From positions 1-48,949 of the forward strand of contig JBMFMB010000011.1 of assembly GCA_049970895.1 (NCBI GenBank): a stretch of 48,949 nt of DNA, given 5' to 3'. This document shows positions 18,555 through 28,763 of the stretch, piece by piece. Made by a program: the position numbers and the translations under genes. The notes under the pieces were generated by a model. It worked only from the letters and a program-made list of their open reading frames with translations, was not told the origin of the DNA and did no database searches. Source of the stretch: Candidatus Bathyarchaeia archaeon (GTDB taxonomy: Archaea > Thermoproteota > Bathyarchaeia > Bathyarchaeales > Bathycorpusculaceae). Position 1 is the stretch's first letter, and every line of letters starts with the position of its first letter.

Positions 18555-21431
18555 TTGAAAGAACAGCCCAAAAATGCTTTTGACCTTCTAGTGAAACCAG
18601 TTCGGCGGTTGATTGAGCAGAGGGGGTTCTCAAAGCCAACAGAACCACAAGAAAAAACCATCCCACTAATCCTAGAAGGAAAGAATGTTTTGCTCATTTC
18701 ACCAACCGCCACGGGCAAGACCGAGGCTGCCTTCCTACCAGTTTTAAGCATGCTCCTGCAAGAACCACACACTCCGGGAATAAAGGTTCTTTACATTACG
18801 CCTTTGAGAGCTCTGAACCGCGACATGCTGGAGCGCCTAGAATGGTGGTGCAACAACCTAGACATAAAATTGGCTGTTAGACACGGCGACACAGAAACTC
18901 GCGAGCGGACGAGACAAGCTCGAAGCCCACCAGACGTTTTGATAACAACTCCTGAAACTTTGCAGGCCATTTTGGTCGGCTGGATTATGAGGCAGCACCT
19001 CCAGCAAGTGCGTTGGGTTATAATTGACGAAGTGCATGAGATGGCTGACAGCAAGCGTGGAAGCCAACTAGCCCTAAGCCTTGAAAGGCTAAGAACAATC
19101 GTTGGGAGAGACTTCCAAATAATAGGTTTGTCAGCCACCATTGGCAGTCCGGAAAAAGTGGCCCAATTCCTCGTTGGAAACGGCCGCCCAGTGGAGATTG
19201 TGCGGGTTCCGGTTGCAAGAAAAATGCACTTGAAAATTCTTTTCCCTAAGCCTAAACCAGAAGACATTGAGCTGGCTGAGAGGCTTTACACTCATCCAGA
19301 AGTGGCTGCTAGGCTAAGGGTTATCCGAGACTACATAAGCCGCCACAAATCCGTACTGCTATTCACAAACACTAGGGCTATATCAGAGGTTTTGGCAAGC
19401 CGCTTCAAGGTCTGGGACATAGACTTCCCAGTCTCCATACACCATGGCTCTTTGGCCAAACCTTCCCGCATAGCAGCAGAAAGAGGCCTAAAAAACGGCG
19501 AGCTGAAGGGTTTGGTTTGCACAAGCAGCCTTGAACTAGGCATAGATGTTGGCCGCATAGACTTAGTCATACAGTACATGAGCCCCCGCCAAGTTACAAG
19601 GCTCATCCAGAGGGTTGGGAGAAGCGGCCACAGAATAGGGCGCATAGCCGAGGGAATAATCGTAACAATGGATTCAGACGACACTTTGGAGGCTTTAGCC
19701 ATAGCAAGACGCGCCCTAAAAGAAGATTTGGAACCAGTTGAAATTCCACCAAAACCCTACGACGCCTTAGCCCACCAAATCGCTGGACTACTCCTAAAAC
19801 AGAAGAGGCTTGAGTTCGACGAAATATTGGAAATGTTTAGGAAGGCTTACCCGTACGCCGACCTAACAATGGATGATGTGGAGAAAATTTTGCGCTATAT
19901 GCATGAGCGTTTCCCAAGGCTTGCATGGGTCTCCTTCGAAGACAAGGTGGTTCTAAAACCCAGAAGAACAAAGGCGCTCTTCGAATACTACTTTGACAAC
20001 CTTTCCATGATTCCAGAAGAAAAACAGTACCTAGTGGTGGACGAGACGACAGACCAAGCCGTTGGAATTTTAGATGAAGCCTTCATGGCGGAGTATGGCA
20101 AGCCGGGTATAAAGTTCATAATTCGCGGAAGCCCATGGCGAATTCTCCACATTTCAGGCGACAAGGTCTACGTAAAGCCAGTGGATGACCCGACAGGGGC
20201 TATTCCAAGCTGGATTGGCGAAGAAATTCCGGTGCCTTTTGAGGTTGCTCAAGAAGTTGGCTATATTAGGGGTTTTGTTGAGGAGCAAACTCGCAAGGGC
20301 TTGTCGCCAGAGGAGATTGCAGCCAAACTAAGCGAGAATTACCCGGCAGAAAAAGAAACCATTTTAGACGCTTTAGCCGAGACTTTTGAGCAAGCTGCTG
20401 CTGGAATACCAGTTCCGACGGATAGGCGAATAACTGTCGAAGATTGGGAGGACTTCGTGATTGTCCATGCCCACTTCGGCTCCCTTACGAACAGAGCCCT
20501 AGCCCAGCTTGTTGGACAGCTCTTATCCGAAAGGATTGGATATGGTATAGTGGTTCAGCACGACCCATACCGCATATTCATACAAACCATGGGTGCTGCA
20601 AACGCCGATCAAATCGTCACATTGTTTGATGAGATGGCTTCAATGGGTGAAAAGGCCGTTAGGGACACTTTGACAAGGGCTACTGTTAAGACTGGAATTT
20701 TCAAGAGGAGGATGATTCACGTGGCAAGACGCTTCGGCGCGCTGGAGAAGTGGGCTGACTTCAGCAATGTAAGCCTTCAGAGGCTTTTGAAAAGCTTCGA
20801 GGGAACCCCAATATTCGAGGAGGCGCTAAAAGAAGTTTTCACAAAGGACTTGGACGTGGAAAGGCTTGTCCAAGTCTTGGAGAGAATCCGAAATGGCAAA
20901 ATAGAAATTGTCAAAGTTGAGACTGGTGGAACCGCCACTCCTGTTGCGCGTGTTGGCATTGAACGCGTCAGCATGAAAACAGACCTCATCCCGCCGGAAA
21001 GGATGCGAGCCGTGCTAATAGAATCAGCAAAGGCGAGGCTATTGAACGAGACATGCAATCTCATCTGCACAAACTGTTGGGGCTATGCGGACATGATACG
21101 TGTTAAAGACTTGCCAGCCAAGCCAAAATGTCCAAAATGCGGTTCAGGAGCCATCGGAATTTTGAGGGTTGAGGAGGAGAAAGTTCTGCCACTAATAGAG
21201 AAGAAGGGCGAAAAGCTCACCAAGAGCGAGGAAAAAATTCAGAGGCAAGCCATACAAACAGCCCGCCTAATAGAAAAGTATGGGAAGGTTGCGGCAGTAG
21301 CCCTCTGCGCACGAAAAGTCCAGCCATCAGACGTTAAAGAAGTCCTCGAAAAAGAGGCGTCGCTCACTGATAAGTTTTATGAGCTTGTTTTGGAGGCTGA
21401 ACGCAAGGCCATAAGCAAAAGATTCTGGTAA
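18555..21431 (+). CDS. lhr: ATP-dependent SF2 helicase, Lhr family, with C-terminal Zn ribbon
   Basis: PTATGKT, TPLRAL, DEVH, SAT, SSLELGID, QRVGRSGH, IPSW.GE. TTG start at 18555 inferred. Confidence 0.95.
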   Translation: MKEQPKNAFDLLVKPVRRLIEQRGFSKPTEPQEKTIPLILEGKNVLLISPTATGKTEAAFLPVLSMLLQEPHTPGIKVLYITPLRALNRDMLERLEWWCNNLDIKLAVRHGDTETRERTRQARSPPDVLITTPETLQAILVGWIMRQHLQQVRWVIIDEVHEMADSKRGSQLALSLERLRTIVGRDFQIIGLSATIGSPEKVAQFLVGNGRPVEIVRVPVARKMHLKILFPKPKPEDIELAERLYTHPEVAARLRVIRDYISRHKSVLLFTNTRAISEVLASRFKVWDIDFPVSIHHGSLAKPSRIAAERGLKNGELKGLVCTSSLELGIDVGRIDLVIQYMSPRQVTRLIQRVGRSGHRIGRIAEGIIVTMDSDDTLEALAIARRALKEDLEPVEIPPKPYDALAHQIAGLLLKQKRLEFDEILEMFRKAYPYADLTMDDVEKILRYMHERFPRLAWVSFEDKVVLKPRRTKALFEYYFDNLSMIPEEKQYLVVDETTDQAVGILDEAFMAEYGKPGIKFIIRGSPWRILHISGDKVYVKPVDDPTGAIPSWIGEEIPVPFEVAQEVGYIRGFVEEQTRKGLSPEEIAAKLSENYPAEKETILDALAETFEQAAAGIPVPTDRRITVEDWEDFVIVHAHFGSLTNRALAQLVGQLLSERIGYGIVVQHDPYRIFIQTMGAANADQIVTLFDEMASMGEKAVRDTLTRATVKTGIFKRRMIHVARRFGALEKWADFSNVSLQRLLKSFEGTPIFEEALKEVFTKDLDVERLVQVLERIRNGKIEIVKVETGGTATPVARVGIERVSMKTDLIPPERMRAVLIESAKARLLNETCNLICTNCWGYADMIRVKDLPAKPKCPKCGSGAIGILRVEEEKVLPLIEKKGEKLTKSEEKIQRQAIQTARLIEKYGKVAAVALCARKVQPSDVKEVLEKEASLTDKFYELVLEAERKAISKRFW

Positions 21432-21517
21432 AACCGAGAGACTTACAACAACTTTTAAATGGGAGACCACGTTAATCTGGGTGAGCAAGCCTTAACAATT
21501 GTTGGAGATAAAGAAGT

Positions 21518-21844
21518 TTGGAGATAAGCAGAAAAAGACTCCGTGAAGAAGTCCTGAACAGAATAAAATACGTTAAAAATTGTGTTTTGGCAAGGGAACT
21601 ATGCCTCCTAATAAGGACAAACAGGGCTGTTCTCGAGCCGAAAGATGTTCAGGAAATATGCCTCTACATTTCAGGCTTATGCAAGGAAGAGGGATGCGAA
21701 GAACCCAGCGAGCTCTGCCGCAAAGCAGCTGAAGCCGTTGGCGCCGGAGACGAAGAGAAATATTTGGAGTTGTGTGCCCAAAGCGCCATGAAATGTGGAG
21801 AGTCTAGACGCCCAACACCTAAAAGGGCGACATACGTAGCCTAG
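21518..21844 (+). CDS. Cys-rich helical hypothetical protein
   Basis: 108 aa with 8 Cys; GGAG upstream. Confidence 0.7.
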   Translation: MEISRKRLREEVLNRIKYVKNCVLARELCLLIRTNRAVLEPKDVQEICLYISGLCKEEGCEEPSELCRKAAEAVGAGDEEKYLELCAQSAMKCGESRRPTPKRATYVA

Positions 21845-21886
21845 CAAGGGAAAATCTTTAAAAGAACAAAGTATCGGAAAACCAAG

Positions 21887-22378
21887 ATGGAGGCATGCTC
21901 ACTGTTCATAGCCCCATATGTTCCAACACCCCTCCCAGTCGTCCGTCACATGCTCATTCTAGCACAGCTGAAACCCGGAGAAGTCTTCTTCGACCTAGGC
22001 GCTGGGGACGGCAGAACAGTAATAATGGCTGCTAAAGAGTTTGGCGCGAGAGCCGTAGGCGTAGAGTTACGCGAAGACCTTGCAAAAAGAGCCCTAAGCA
22101 CAGTCTACGAAGAGGGGCTCCAAGACAGAGTAACAATAGTCAATGGCGACATGTTTAATGTTGACCTCTCATCCGCCGACGTTGTATTCCTATACCTAAC
22201 AACAAGCGCCAACGAAAAGATAAAACCAAAACTTGAGGCTGAGCTTAAGCCAGGAGCCCGCGTTGTCTCCCATGACTACGAGATTGTTGGGTGGAGACCT
22301 TTAAAGGTGGAGAATTTCTGCGAAAACCCTAAGCTCGGCTATCCATCCCACACAATTTACCTATACAAGAAAGTTTAA
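21887..22378 (+). CDS. Class I SAM-dependent methyltransferase (archaeal protein-lysine methyltransferase-like)
   Basis: PYVPTP, DLGAGDGR, VVFLYL, LKPGARVVSHDY. Confidence 0.88.
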   Translation: MEACSLFIAPYVPTPLPVVRHMLILAQLKPGEVFFDLGAGDGRTVIMAAKEFGARAVGVELREDLAKRALSTVYEEGLQDRVTIVNGDMFNVDLSSADVVFLYLTTSANEKIKPKLEAELKPGARVVSHDYEIVGWRPLKVENFCENPKLGYPSHTIYLYKKV

Positions 22379-22408
22379 ACACATTTTAGGAAGAAAATAG
22401 GCGAGAAC

Positions 22409-22837
22409 ATGCCTCAATCCTTTAAAACTTTGTATAGGGTTTCATGGGTGGACACGGATGCCGCCCAAATAGTCCACTTCTCAAACTTCTTCAGATTCTT
22501 CGAAAGGGCGGAAGAAGAATTTTACCAGCATCTCGGATTAATAAATTGGCTGGGCTCAAAAGACGTAATAATGCCGCGGGTCGAAGCCTTCTGCCAATTC
22601 AAGAAGCCAGCAAGGTTCAACGACTTGCTAGAAATAGAGCTCACAGTGGAAGAGTTGAAAGAAAAGGCAGTAAAATACGGATTTAAAGTGTATAATAAGG
22701 AAACGGCGGAGCTTCTAGCCAACGGCTACTTGGTGGCTGTTGCCGTGAATAGGCACACGTTAAAGGCCACACAAATCCCAGCGGACGTTGCTGAAAAGCT
22801 AAAAGCCTACCATAACAGTGGCGGTGAATCAAAATAA
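22409..22837 (+). CDS. Acyl-CoA thioesterase (YbgC/4HBT family)
   Basis: DTDAAQIVHFSNFFRFFE motif. Confidence 0.92.
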   Translation: MPQSFKTLYRVSWVDTDAAQIVHFSNFFRFFERAEEEFYQHLGLINWLGSKDVIMPRVEAFCQFKKPARFNDLLEIELTVEELKEKAVKYGFKVYNKETAELLANGYLVAVAVNRHTLKATQIPADVAEKLKAYHNSGGESK

Positions 22838-22900
22838 ACTTTTAATCTTGGCTTTCAACTCTCCAAAATTTTAGAAAGAAGGTGTGGCAAGGCAAGGGAA

Positions 22901-23416
22901 ATGCTGTTCGTTCCATGGCAGTACATCGCGGACTGGAAATGCAACACATGTGGCTTATGCTGCAAAGCCTACAGTGTAGTCCTAAACTTCCAAGAATGGC
23001 TAAAAATAGTAAAAAACTACGGCGTGGAAACCACCGCCACCGGGTTAAATAAGCTTTACTTGCGGAGGAAAAGCGACGGCTCATGCGTGTTCCTCTACAA
23101 ACTTGCAGACATGCACTTATGCGGACTACAACATATGAAACCGGCAGCATGCAAACTTTGGCCCTTCAAAATTTTAGCCAATCCAAAATTTGGATATGCG
23201 AAAGAGGCGCTATACCCCTATGGTGGGAAAAAACTATATGTATATGCTGATTCTACATGCACAGGGCTAATTTATGGGAGGCCAACATGGGAATTCGCAA
23301 ATCAAACATTAAAAGAGTTTATAGAAATCGCCATAGGAATTCGCAACGACCAAAAGCGAAGCAAGGCAAACATTGATTTTGCCCAACAATACTTGTCAAT
23401 AAAGCGGCTTTTCTAG
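22901..23416 (+). CDS. YkgJ/CxxCxxCC family protein
   Basis: CNTCGLCC, G.CVFL, C......KP..CKLWPF, C.G. Confidence 0.85.
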   Translation: MLFVPWQYIADWKCNTCGLCCKAYSVVLNFQEWLKIVKNYGVETTATGLNKLYLRRKSDGSCVFLYKLADMHLCGLQHMKPAACKLWPFKILANPKFGYAKEALYPYGGKKLYVYADSTCTGLIYGRPTWEFANQTLKEFIEIAIGIRNDQKRSKANIDFAQQYLSIKRLF

Positions 23417-23500
23417 TGCCGATGATTGTTTCTTGATGAGCATGTAGAAAGTGTAAAAATATATAAAAAGATATATTAAAAAAAGTTTATATATAAGGAA

Positions 23501-23857
23501 TTGTTTACATATTCAGAGGAGACTGATTTGAATGAAGATGCAAGTCAGATGGTGAAAAAATTGAAGGCCCTAGCAAACCCTCTTAGGCTAAAGATGATTG
23601 CATCCCTATGCGAAAGACCAAAAAGCGTTTACACGCTGGCTAAGGAACTAAATCTCCCATATCCATTAGCCCATCTTCATCTAAATGGCCTTAAAAAACT
23701 TGGACTAGTTAGGGAAGTTAGAGAGGAAAAGAAAAAGGAGGGCCTTCCACCCATTAAATACTATGCGCCAACAGACTTCAAATTAATCTTAACTCCTAAA
23801 GAAATCGAAGAGCTCTTCAAAAAGAAAGGGGGGAAAGGAGGCGAAGTAAATGGCTAA
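23501..23857 (+). CDS. ArsR family transcriptional regulator
   Basis: LKALANPLRLKMI..L, HL..LKK.GLV. Confidence 0.88.
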   Translation: MFTYSEETDLNEDASQMVKKLKALANPLRLKMIASLCERPKSVYTLAKELNLPYPLAHLHLNGLKKLGLVREVREEKKKEGLPPIKYYAPTDFKLILTPKEIEELFKKKGGKGGEVNG

Positions 23858-24179
23858 AGCTTCATTTTTAACAGCTCTGACGATAATGCTTCTCGGTTTT
23901 GGAGTTCCAGCGCTTTCCATATACTTCTCGGTATTTTACGGATTCAATGTTATAGTAGCTGGATTAGTTGCCATATTTGCACTGATAGTTGCAGGAGTTC
24001 TTGTCATCATAGGTTTGGCGATAGGTTCTGAGGAATTGCCTTCTGAAAAAATTAAACCATCTGAAATGGAAAAGTTGAATCTTTTGCGAGCCCATCAAAG
24101 AGCCACTTTGGAGGAGCTGGACGAAATTATCGTTATACTAAGGGAAATTAGAGATGTTTTAAAGGCGGCACAAGGATGA
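23850..24179 (+). CDS. Small two-TM membrane protein with C-terminal coiled coil
   Basis: Two hydrophobic helices; overlaps the ArsR stop. Confidence 0.75.
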   Translation: MAKASFLTALTIMLLGFGVPALSIYFSVFYGFNVIVAGLVAIFALIVAGVLVIIGLAIGSEELPSEKIKPSEMEKLNLLRAHQRATLEELDEIIVILREIRDVLKAAQG

Positions 24180-24328
24180 TGGAGGAAAGCTGGATGGCAA
24201 AGGAGTTAAAGTACTTGAAATTTTCCGACGAAGATGTTGTAAGAGAAACTGAAAAGCGCCTTAAAGATATGAAGGCTCTTCTTATCGAAATTCGAGATTT
24301 GCTGAAAGCAACAGGGGGATTTGAATAG
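24176..24328 (+). CDS. Small coiled-coil protein (50 aa)
   Basis: Not in the track. ATGA coupling to the upstream gene; MMEESWMAKELKY...LLIEIRDLLKATGGFE. Confidence 0.65.
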   Translation: MMEESWMAKELKYLKFSDEDVVRETEKRLKDMKALLIEIRDLLKATGGFE

Positions 24329-24344
24329 GAAGAGGGGATAATTA

Positions 24345-25193
24345 TTGGGCGGAGTAGAAAAGATGCGCAAATATGAAGAGGGGCTCCGTCGAATGAACAT
24401 TCCAACAACCCATGTCAGTGGTTCAGGGAAAGTGCACATTGATGGTGTTGGCGACGTTCAAATATCCGGCTCCGGTTTCATCTCTCCCAAAGAAATAAAA
24501 ATCAGCGGAAGTGGTTGCCTACCTGGCGGATTAAAAGTTGAAATTTTGAAATGTGCAGGAAGTGTTTCTATAGAGGGGGATATAGAGGCTGAAGAAATGG
24601 ATTTTTCAGGTTCTTCGTCTGTTGCCGGCAATGTTAAAGCTAGAAGTTTAACCGCCTCGGGAGCCTTCGCCGTTGATGGTAATGTGCAAGGTTCATTATT
24701 AAAAGTAGCAGGTTCTTGTAAAATTGAACGGGCTGTTGAGTTAGAAAATGCTCTATATGTTCATGGTTCCCTTAGAGTGTTTGGTGATATTAAAACTGGG
24801 AAATACGTGGAGCTTAGGGGAAAATTCGACATAGGAGGCAAAATAATAACTGGGGATTTCAACGCTGAATTAAATAGATATGAGTCCTATGCTCGCGGCG
24901 GAATCGAAGCAGTTAATGTTGACATCAAAAAGAGAAGCATCGAAGGTATAGTAATTTTTGGAATACCGATCTTTGGCGTGCTTTCAGGCTATGGAAAACT
25001 GCACACTACCAATATCACAGCCAAAGAGAAGGTATACTTGGAAAATGTTTGCTGCGAAAATGTGGTTGGAAGAGATGTAACAATAGGTGAGGGATGCGTC
25101 ATTAAAAGGAGAGTGAAATACTCAGATTCCATCTCTGTTCATTCAAAAGCGAAATTAGCGAGTCCTCCAGAAAAAATAGACTTAAAAGGGTGA
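24345..25193 (+). CDS. Polymer-forming cytoskeletal / bactofilin-like beta-helix protein
   Basis: Repeating (I/V)SGS and V.G.V motifs; C-terminal V.G.DV.IG.GC.I...V.Y. Confidence 0.75.
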   Translation: MGGVEKMRKYEEGLRRMNIPTTHVSGSGKVHIDGVGDVQISGSGFISPKEIKISGSGCLPGGLKVEILKCAGSVSIEGDIEAEEMDFSGSSSVAGNVKARSLTASGAFAVDGNVQGSLLKVAGSCKIERAVELENALYVHGSLRVFGDIKTGKYVELRGKFDIGGKIITGDFNAELNRYESYARGGIEAVNVDIKKRSIEGIVIFGIPIFGVLSGYGKLHTTNITAKEKVYLENVCCENVVGRDVTIGEGCVIKRRVKYSDSISVHSKAKLASPPEKIDLKG

Positions 25194-25264
25194 CTAAATA
25201 TCTGCTCACTAATGCCCGCTTTCTTTAACTCGCGGGTTCGGCCTAAAAATCATTAAAGTGAGGT

Positions 25265-26197
25265 ATGACGTGCCTTATGGAAGCAGTGAAATCCGTAAAC
25301 CTTGTTAAAATGTATCGTGGAAAAGAGACTGTTAAGGCGCTGAAAGGTGTCAACATATCCATCGAAAAGGGTGAGCTTTTCACCCTATTAGGTCCAAACG
25401 GTGCTGGAAAAACTACTTTTCTAAGGATTATTTCCACACAGTTGCTGCCCACGAGTGGCGAGGCTTATGTTTTAGGGTTCAATGTCCTAGACGAAGCTGA
25501 AGAAGTACGGGAGCATATAGCCGTTGTACCACAAGATGTTGCCACTTATAGCAATTTCACGCCTTGGGAATACTGCTACTATTTTTCGCTGCTCCGCGGC
25601 ATGACAAAGCAGAAGGCAAAAGAAATGTCTGAAAAAGCCTTAAAGTCTGTTGAATTGTGGGAGTTGCGAAACCGGACATGTGTAACACTTTCTGGAGGAG
25701 AAAAGAAGAGGGCAATAATTGCGGCGGCTTTATCTTCAGACGCTGAAGTGCTTATGCTAGATGAGCCAACAAGCGGTTTAGACGCTATTGCGCGAAGAAA
25801 GGTTTGGACGGTTTTGAGGGAAATGGTTGAAAAGGGTAAAACAATTCTTTTAACAACTCATATAATGGAGGAAGCTGAAATTATTTCCGATAGACTAGCC
25901 ATAATCAACAAAGGTGAACTGATAGCGCAAGGAGCAGTTGAGAAAATAAAAAGCTTAACAAAGGAAAAGTTTAGGGTTATGGTTGAAGGCAGCCATAAAG
26001 TTTTGGAAAAATTTACCAATAATCATTCTTCGGTAAGATTTGGTAGTAAACGGGTAATTTACGTTGACAATGGAGACGAAGCCATAGAGCTTATTAGAAA
26101 GGCATTGAAAAATGGGCTGAAAGCCGAGGCTTCACCCATCACACTTGAGGACGTATTTGTAAAACTTGTAGGAAGAGTGGAGTTTAATGAATCCTAG
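25265..26197 (+). CDS. ABC-2 type exporter ATP-binding subunit
   Basis: GPNGAGKTT, LSGGE, LDEPTSGLD, TTH. Confidence 0.95.
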   Translation: MTCLMEAVKSVNLVKMYRGKETVKALKGVNISIEKGELFTLLGPNGAGKTTFLRIISTQLLPTSGEAYVLGFNVLDEAEEVREHIAVVPQDVATYSNFTPWEYCYYFSLLRGMTKQKAKEMSEKALKSVELWELRNRTCVTLSGGEKKRAIIAAALSSDAEVLMLDEPTSGLDAIARRKVWTVLREMVEKGKTILLTTHIMEEAEIISDRLAIINKGELIAQGAVEKIKSLTKEKFRVMVEGSHKVLEKFTNNHSSVRFGSKRVIYVDNGDEAIELIRKALKNGLKAEASPITLEDVFVKLVGRVEFNES

Positions 26198-26930
26198 AAA
26201 AATGATTAAGGATGCGTTCATAATCGCTGCTTTGAAGGCTTTTCCAGACCTAAAACGACAACCACTATTATTGATGGTTATGGGCTTGATAAGTGCTGTG
26301 CCCCTTTTCTTTGCGCTGGTCTTCGGGGGACAAATAGGTCATGGCTTAATAGGTGCCATGATCTCAACAGTGGGGTTCATAGGTGTAGCCTCCTCGATAC
26401 AGGACATAACATGGGATAGGTATGTGAAGGTTAGAGAAATTATTGTCGCCATGCCAGTTCACCCAATTTCCTACATGGTCGGAACAGCCTTATCCCCCTT
26501 AATATTCTCGTGTCCTGGAACGGTCTTCTTCATGATGCTGGCAATATGGCTTGGCTTCGTACCACTGCAAGCACTAGGTTGGATTGTTGCAGCTTTACTT
26601 TTGTGCTGGGCTGCTTTGAGCGGAATAGGCTTCGTTATATCAACCTATATGCGGAGGGCAAGCGTATACACCTTAAATAACTTGTCCAATATTCTTGGGA
26701 TAGGCTTGATTTTTCTGCCACCCATCTACTATCCTGAGGAAATATTGGGCGATTTAAGTTGGATAGCCATAGCTTTTCCAACATCCAATGCTGCTGGGCT
26801 AATAAGGGCTTATTCAGGTCTTGCCGCTTTCTCGCAAGAAATGATTTTAATCCGGTGGCTTGCTCTTTTGGCGATGATGGTTATCTCCGTTTTGCTTGTA
26901 GTTTTTAAGGCAAAATGGAGAGAAACCTAA
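26187..26930 (+). CDS. ABC-2 type exporter permease
   Basis: Six TM segments, PIYYP motif, overlaps the ATPase gene. Confidence 0.88.
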   Translation: MNPRKMIKDAFIIAALKAFPDLKRQPLLLMVMGLISAVPLFFALVFGGQIGHGLIGAMISTVGFIGVASSIQDITWDRYVKVREIIVAMPVHPISYMVGTALSPLIFSCPGTVFFMMLAIWLGFVPLQALGWIVAALLLCWAALSGIGFVISTYMRRASVYTLNNLSNILGIGLIFLPPIYYPEEILGDLSWIAIAFPTSNAAGLIRAYSGLAAFSQEMILIRWLALLAMMVISVLLVVFKAKWRET

Positions 26931-26939
26931 AACGGCAAC

Positions 26940-28736
26940 TTAAATGGACTGCATTGGAAAACGCTCATATTGCAGTTCGTAAAGCTTCTTTAACTTCTCA
27001 ATAGTGTCTATCTCCTCTACTGTTTTGTCCGTTCTGAACCGCACTATTTTCGGCACTCTTAGGGCGTATCCACTTGTGTACTCGTCTGTCTCCTGAATCT
27101 CTTGGTATGTGACCTCCACAACAACTGTTGGTTTTACCAATACGCCTTCATCGTCCACGCTGGTTTTTGTTCTCTCAACAATTGTTGCAAGCGTGTCCAT
27201 GGTCTGTTCTGGGAGGTTTGAAACCTTTCCAATAGTGTATAGCCTCTTTTCTTTCGGGTCTCGCACCGCCAACAGGAAGGATGAGTATAAGCCTGCGCGT
27301 TTTCCTTTTCCGTATAGGGCTTTGACTATTGTGCAGTCTATTGTGTCGCGTTCCGGTTTCAGTTTAAGCCATGTGTAGGTGCGCTGTCCAACCTCGTATG
27401 GCGCGTTTAAGTCTTTCACGACTATGCCTTCAAAACCCTTCTTTAAGGCTTCATCATAGAAGCGCATCAGTTCAACTTCATTTTGGCATTCAACCCCTTC
27501 AGCGAGATATTCTGGTGGGACGACCTCTACCAAGTATTTGCGCCTTTCGGAAAGTGGCAAGCCCATTAACTCCCGTCCATTCAAGAAAAGGATGTCGAAG
27601 GCTCTATATGTAACGCGCACTTTTTCCATCCTTTCTGCAAGCTCTTCTGGTGTTAGCTCTCTTGGTACTGTTCTTTCTAGCATGACTTGGAAAGGCAGTG
27701 GGTTGCCGTTCTGGTCTACGGCTAAGACTTCTCCGTCCACGATGCAGCTTTGAGCGTTGAACTTTTTGGCTATTTCCACGATTTCCGGAAGCGTTTGGGA
27801 CTTTTCAACTCCGCGTCTTGAGAAAATCCATGTTTGGGTTCCCCACTTGTGAACTTGGAGGCGACTTCCATCAATTTTGTATTCCGCCCTAGCTGGGTAA
27901 ACAACCTTGTCTGGCTCGTATAGGTGAGCTAGTTGGGGTCTGATGAACTGTCCTGGACGTATTTTCACCTCCGCCAATTTTGGCAGTCCCTCGGAGGCTA
28001 GGCTTATTCCTTCAGCTATGCCCATTATGGCGCACGCGTTTTGGATTAGCTCAACTGGAACTTGGTAAGCTCTTGCAGCAGCCCTCATAACAGTGCTTGC
28101 ATAATAGCCAAGCTTCAAATCACCCAAAAGAAGCCGGACAATGTATTTCGCCTCTTGCGGCGTTGCAACTCGCAGTAGGCTTGCCACGTAGAGTTCTCTT
28201 TCTTTCACGCCTTTCAGTTTTGGCATAAGCCTAATAGCCTCATAAACCTCGTTCACCGACAGTTTTGGCTCTGAAGGCTTTTTTAAGAGGTAGGCTACCT
28301 CGCCGTGCTCCCCATAATCAATGAGGAGTTTTCTAACCTCACTTTTTGACATTCCTGTGGCTAGGCTTAGGCTCCTCTCCACTAAGCCCGGTCCAATTTT
28401 TAGGCTTTCATCAGTTATTGCCCCCAAGGCTAGGCGAGCCTTAACTTCAAGGGGAAGCTCCGCTGTTTGGAAGAATTTGGCTAGCTCTGTTTCCTTTCCT
28501 TTTTTCCCGCGGAGAACCGCCAGCCGCTCGTAAACCTCAACCATCTTTGAGAAGGGCGTGTCTTTTCTGGGCTCTTTTCCCTCCATGTATAAGCGTATCA
28601 TATAGTATGGTATGCCAGTTCGCCACTCTATCTGCTCCGGGGTGAAGCCAGCTTCAATTAGGCGGAGGACAGCCTCCTTCTCTGAGCCATAGGCTTCTAT
28701 GAGCTCTTTTATTGTTGGTGGCTTAACTACCGACAT
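26940..28736 (-). CDS. ATP-dependent DNA ligase, divergent, with N-terminal extension
   Basis: Motif I EYKIDG, III VDGE, IIIa FDIL, IV EGIVVK, V WLKLK; OB domain G.GKR.G...RTDK. Confidence 0.93.
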   Translation of the reverse strand: MSVVKPPTIKELIEAYGSEKEAVLRLIEAGFTPEQIEWRTGIPYYMIRLYMEGKEPRKDTPFSKMVEVYERLAVLRGKKGKETELAKFFQTAELPLEVKARLALGAITDESLKIGPGLVERSLSLATGMSKSEVRKLLIDYGEHGEVAYLLKKPSEPKLSVNEVYEAIRLMPKLKGVKERELYVASLLRVATPQEAKYIVRLLLGDLKLGYYASTVMRAAARAYQVPVELIQNACAIMGIAEGISLASEGLPKLAEVKIRPGQFIRPQLAHLYEPDKVVYPARAEYKIDGSRLQVHKWGTQTWIFSRRGVEKSQTLPEIVEIAKKFNAQSCIVDGEVLAVDQNGNPLPFQVMLERTVPRELTPEELAERMEKVRVTYRAFDILFLNGRELMGLPLSERRKYLVEVVPPEYLAEGVECQNEVELMRFYDEALKKGFEGIVVKDLNAPYEVGQRTYTWLKLKPERDTIDCTIVKALYGKGKRAGLYSSFLLAVRDPKEKRLYTIGKVSNLPEQTMDTLATIVERTKTSVDDEGVLVKPTVVVEVTYQEIQETDEYTSGYALRVPKIVRFRTDKTVEEIDTIEKLKKLYELQYERFPMQSI

Positions 28737-28763
28737 GCTGCTTTGCCACTGCCATGACTGTGG

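Noticed and set aside
25214-25238. GCCCGC/GCGGGT hairpin between the beta-helix gene and the ABC ATPase
   Set aside because: Short stem with a large loop; insufficient support for a terminator or riboswitch.
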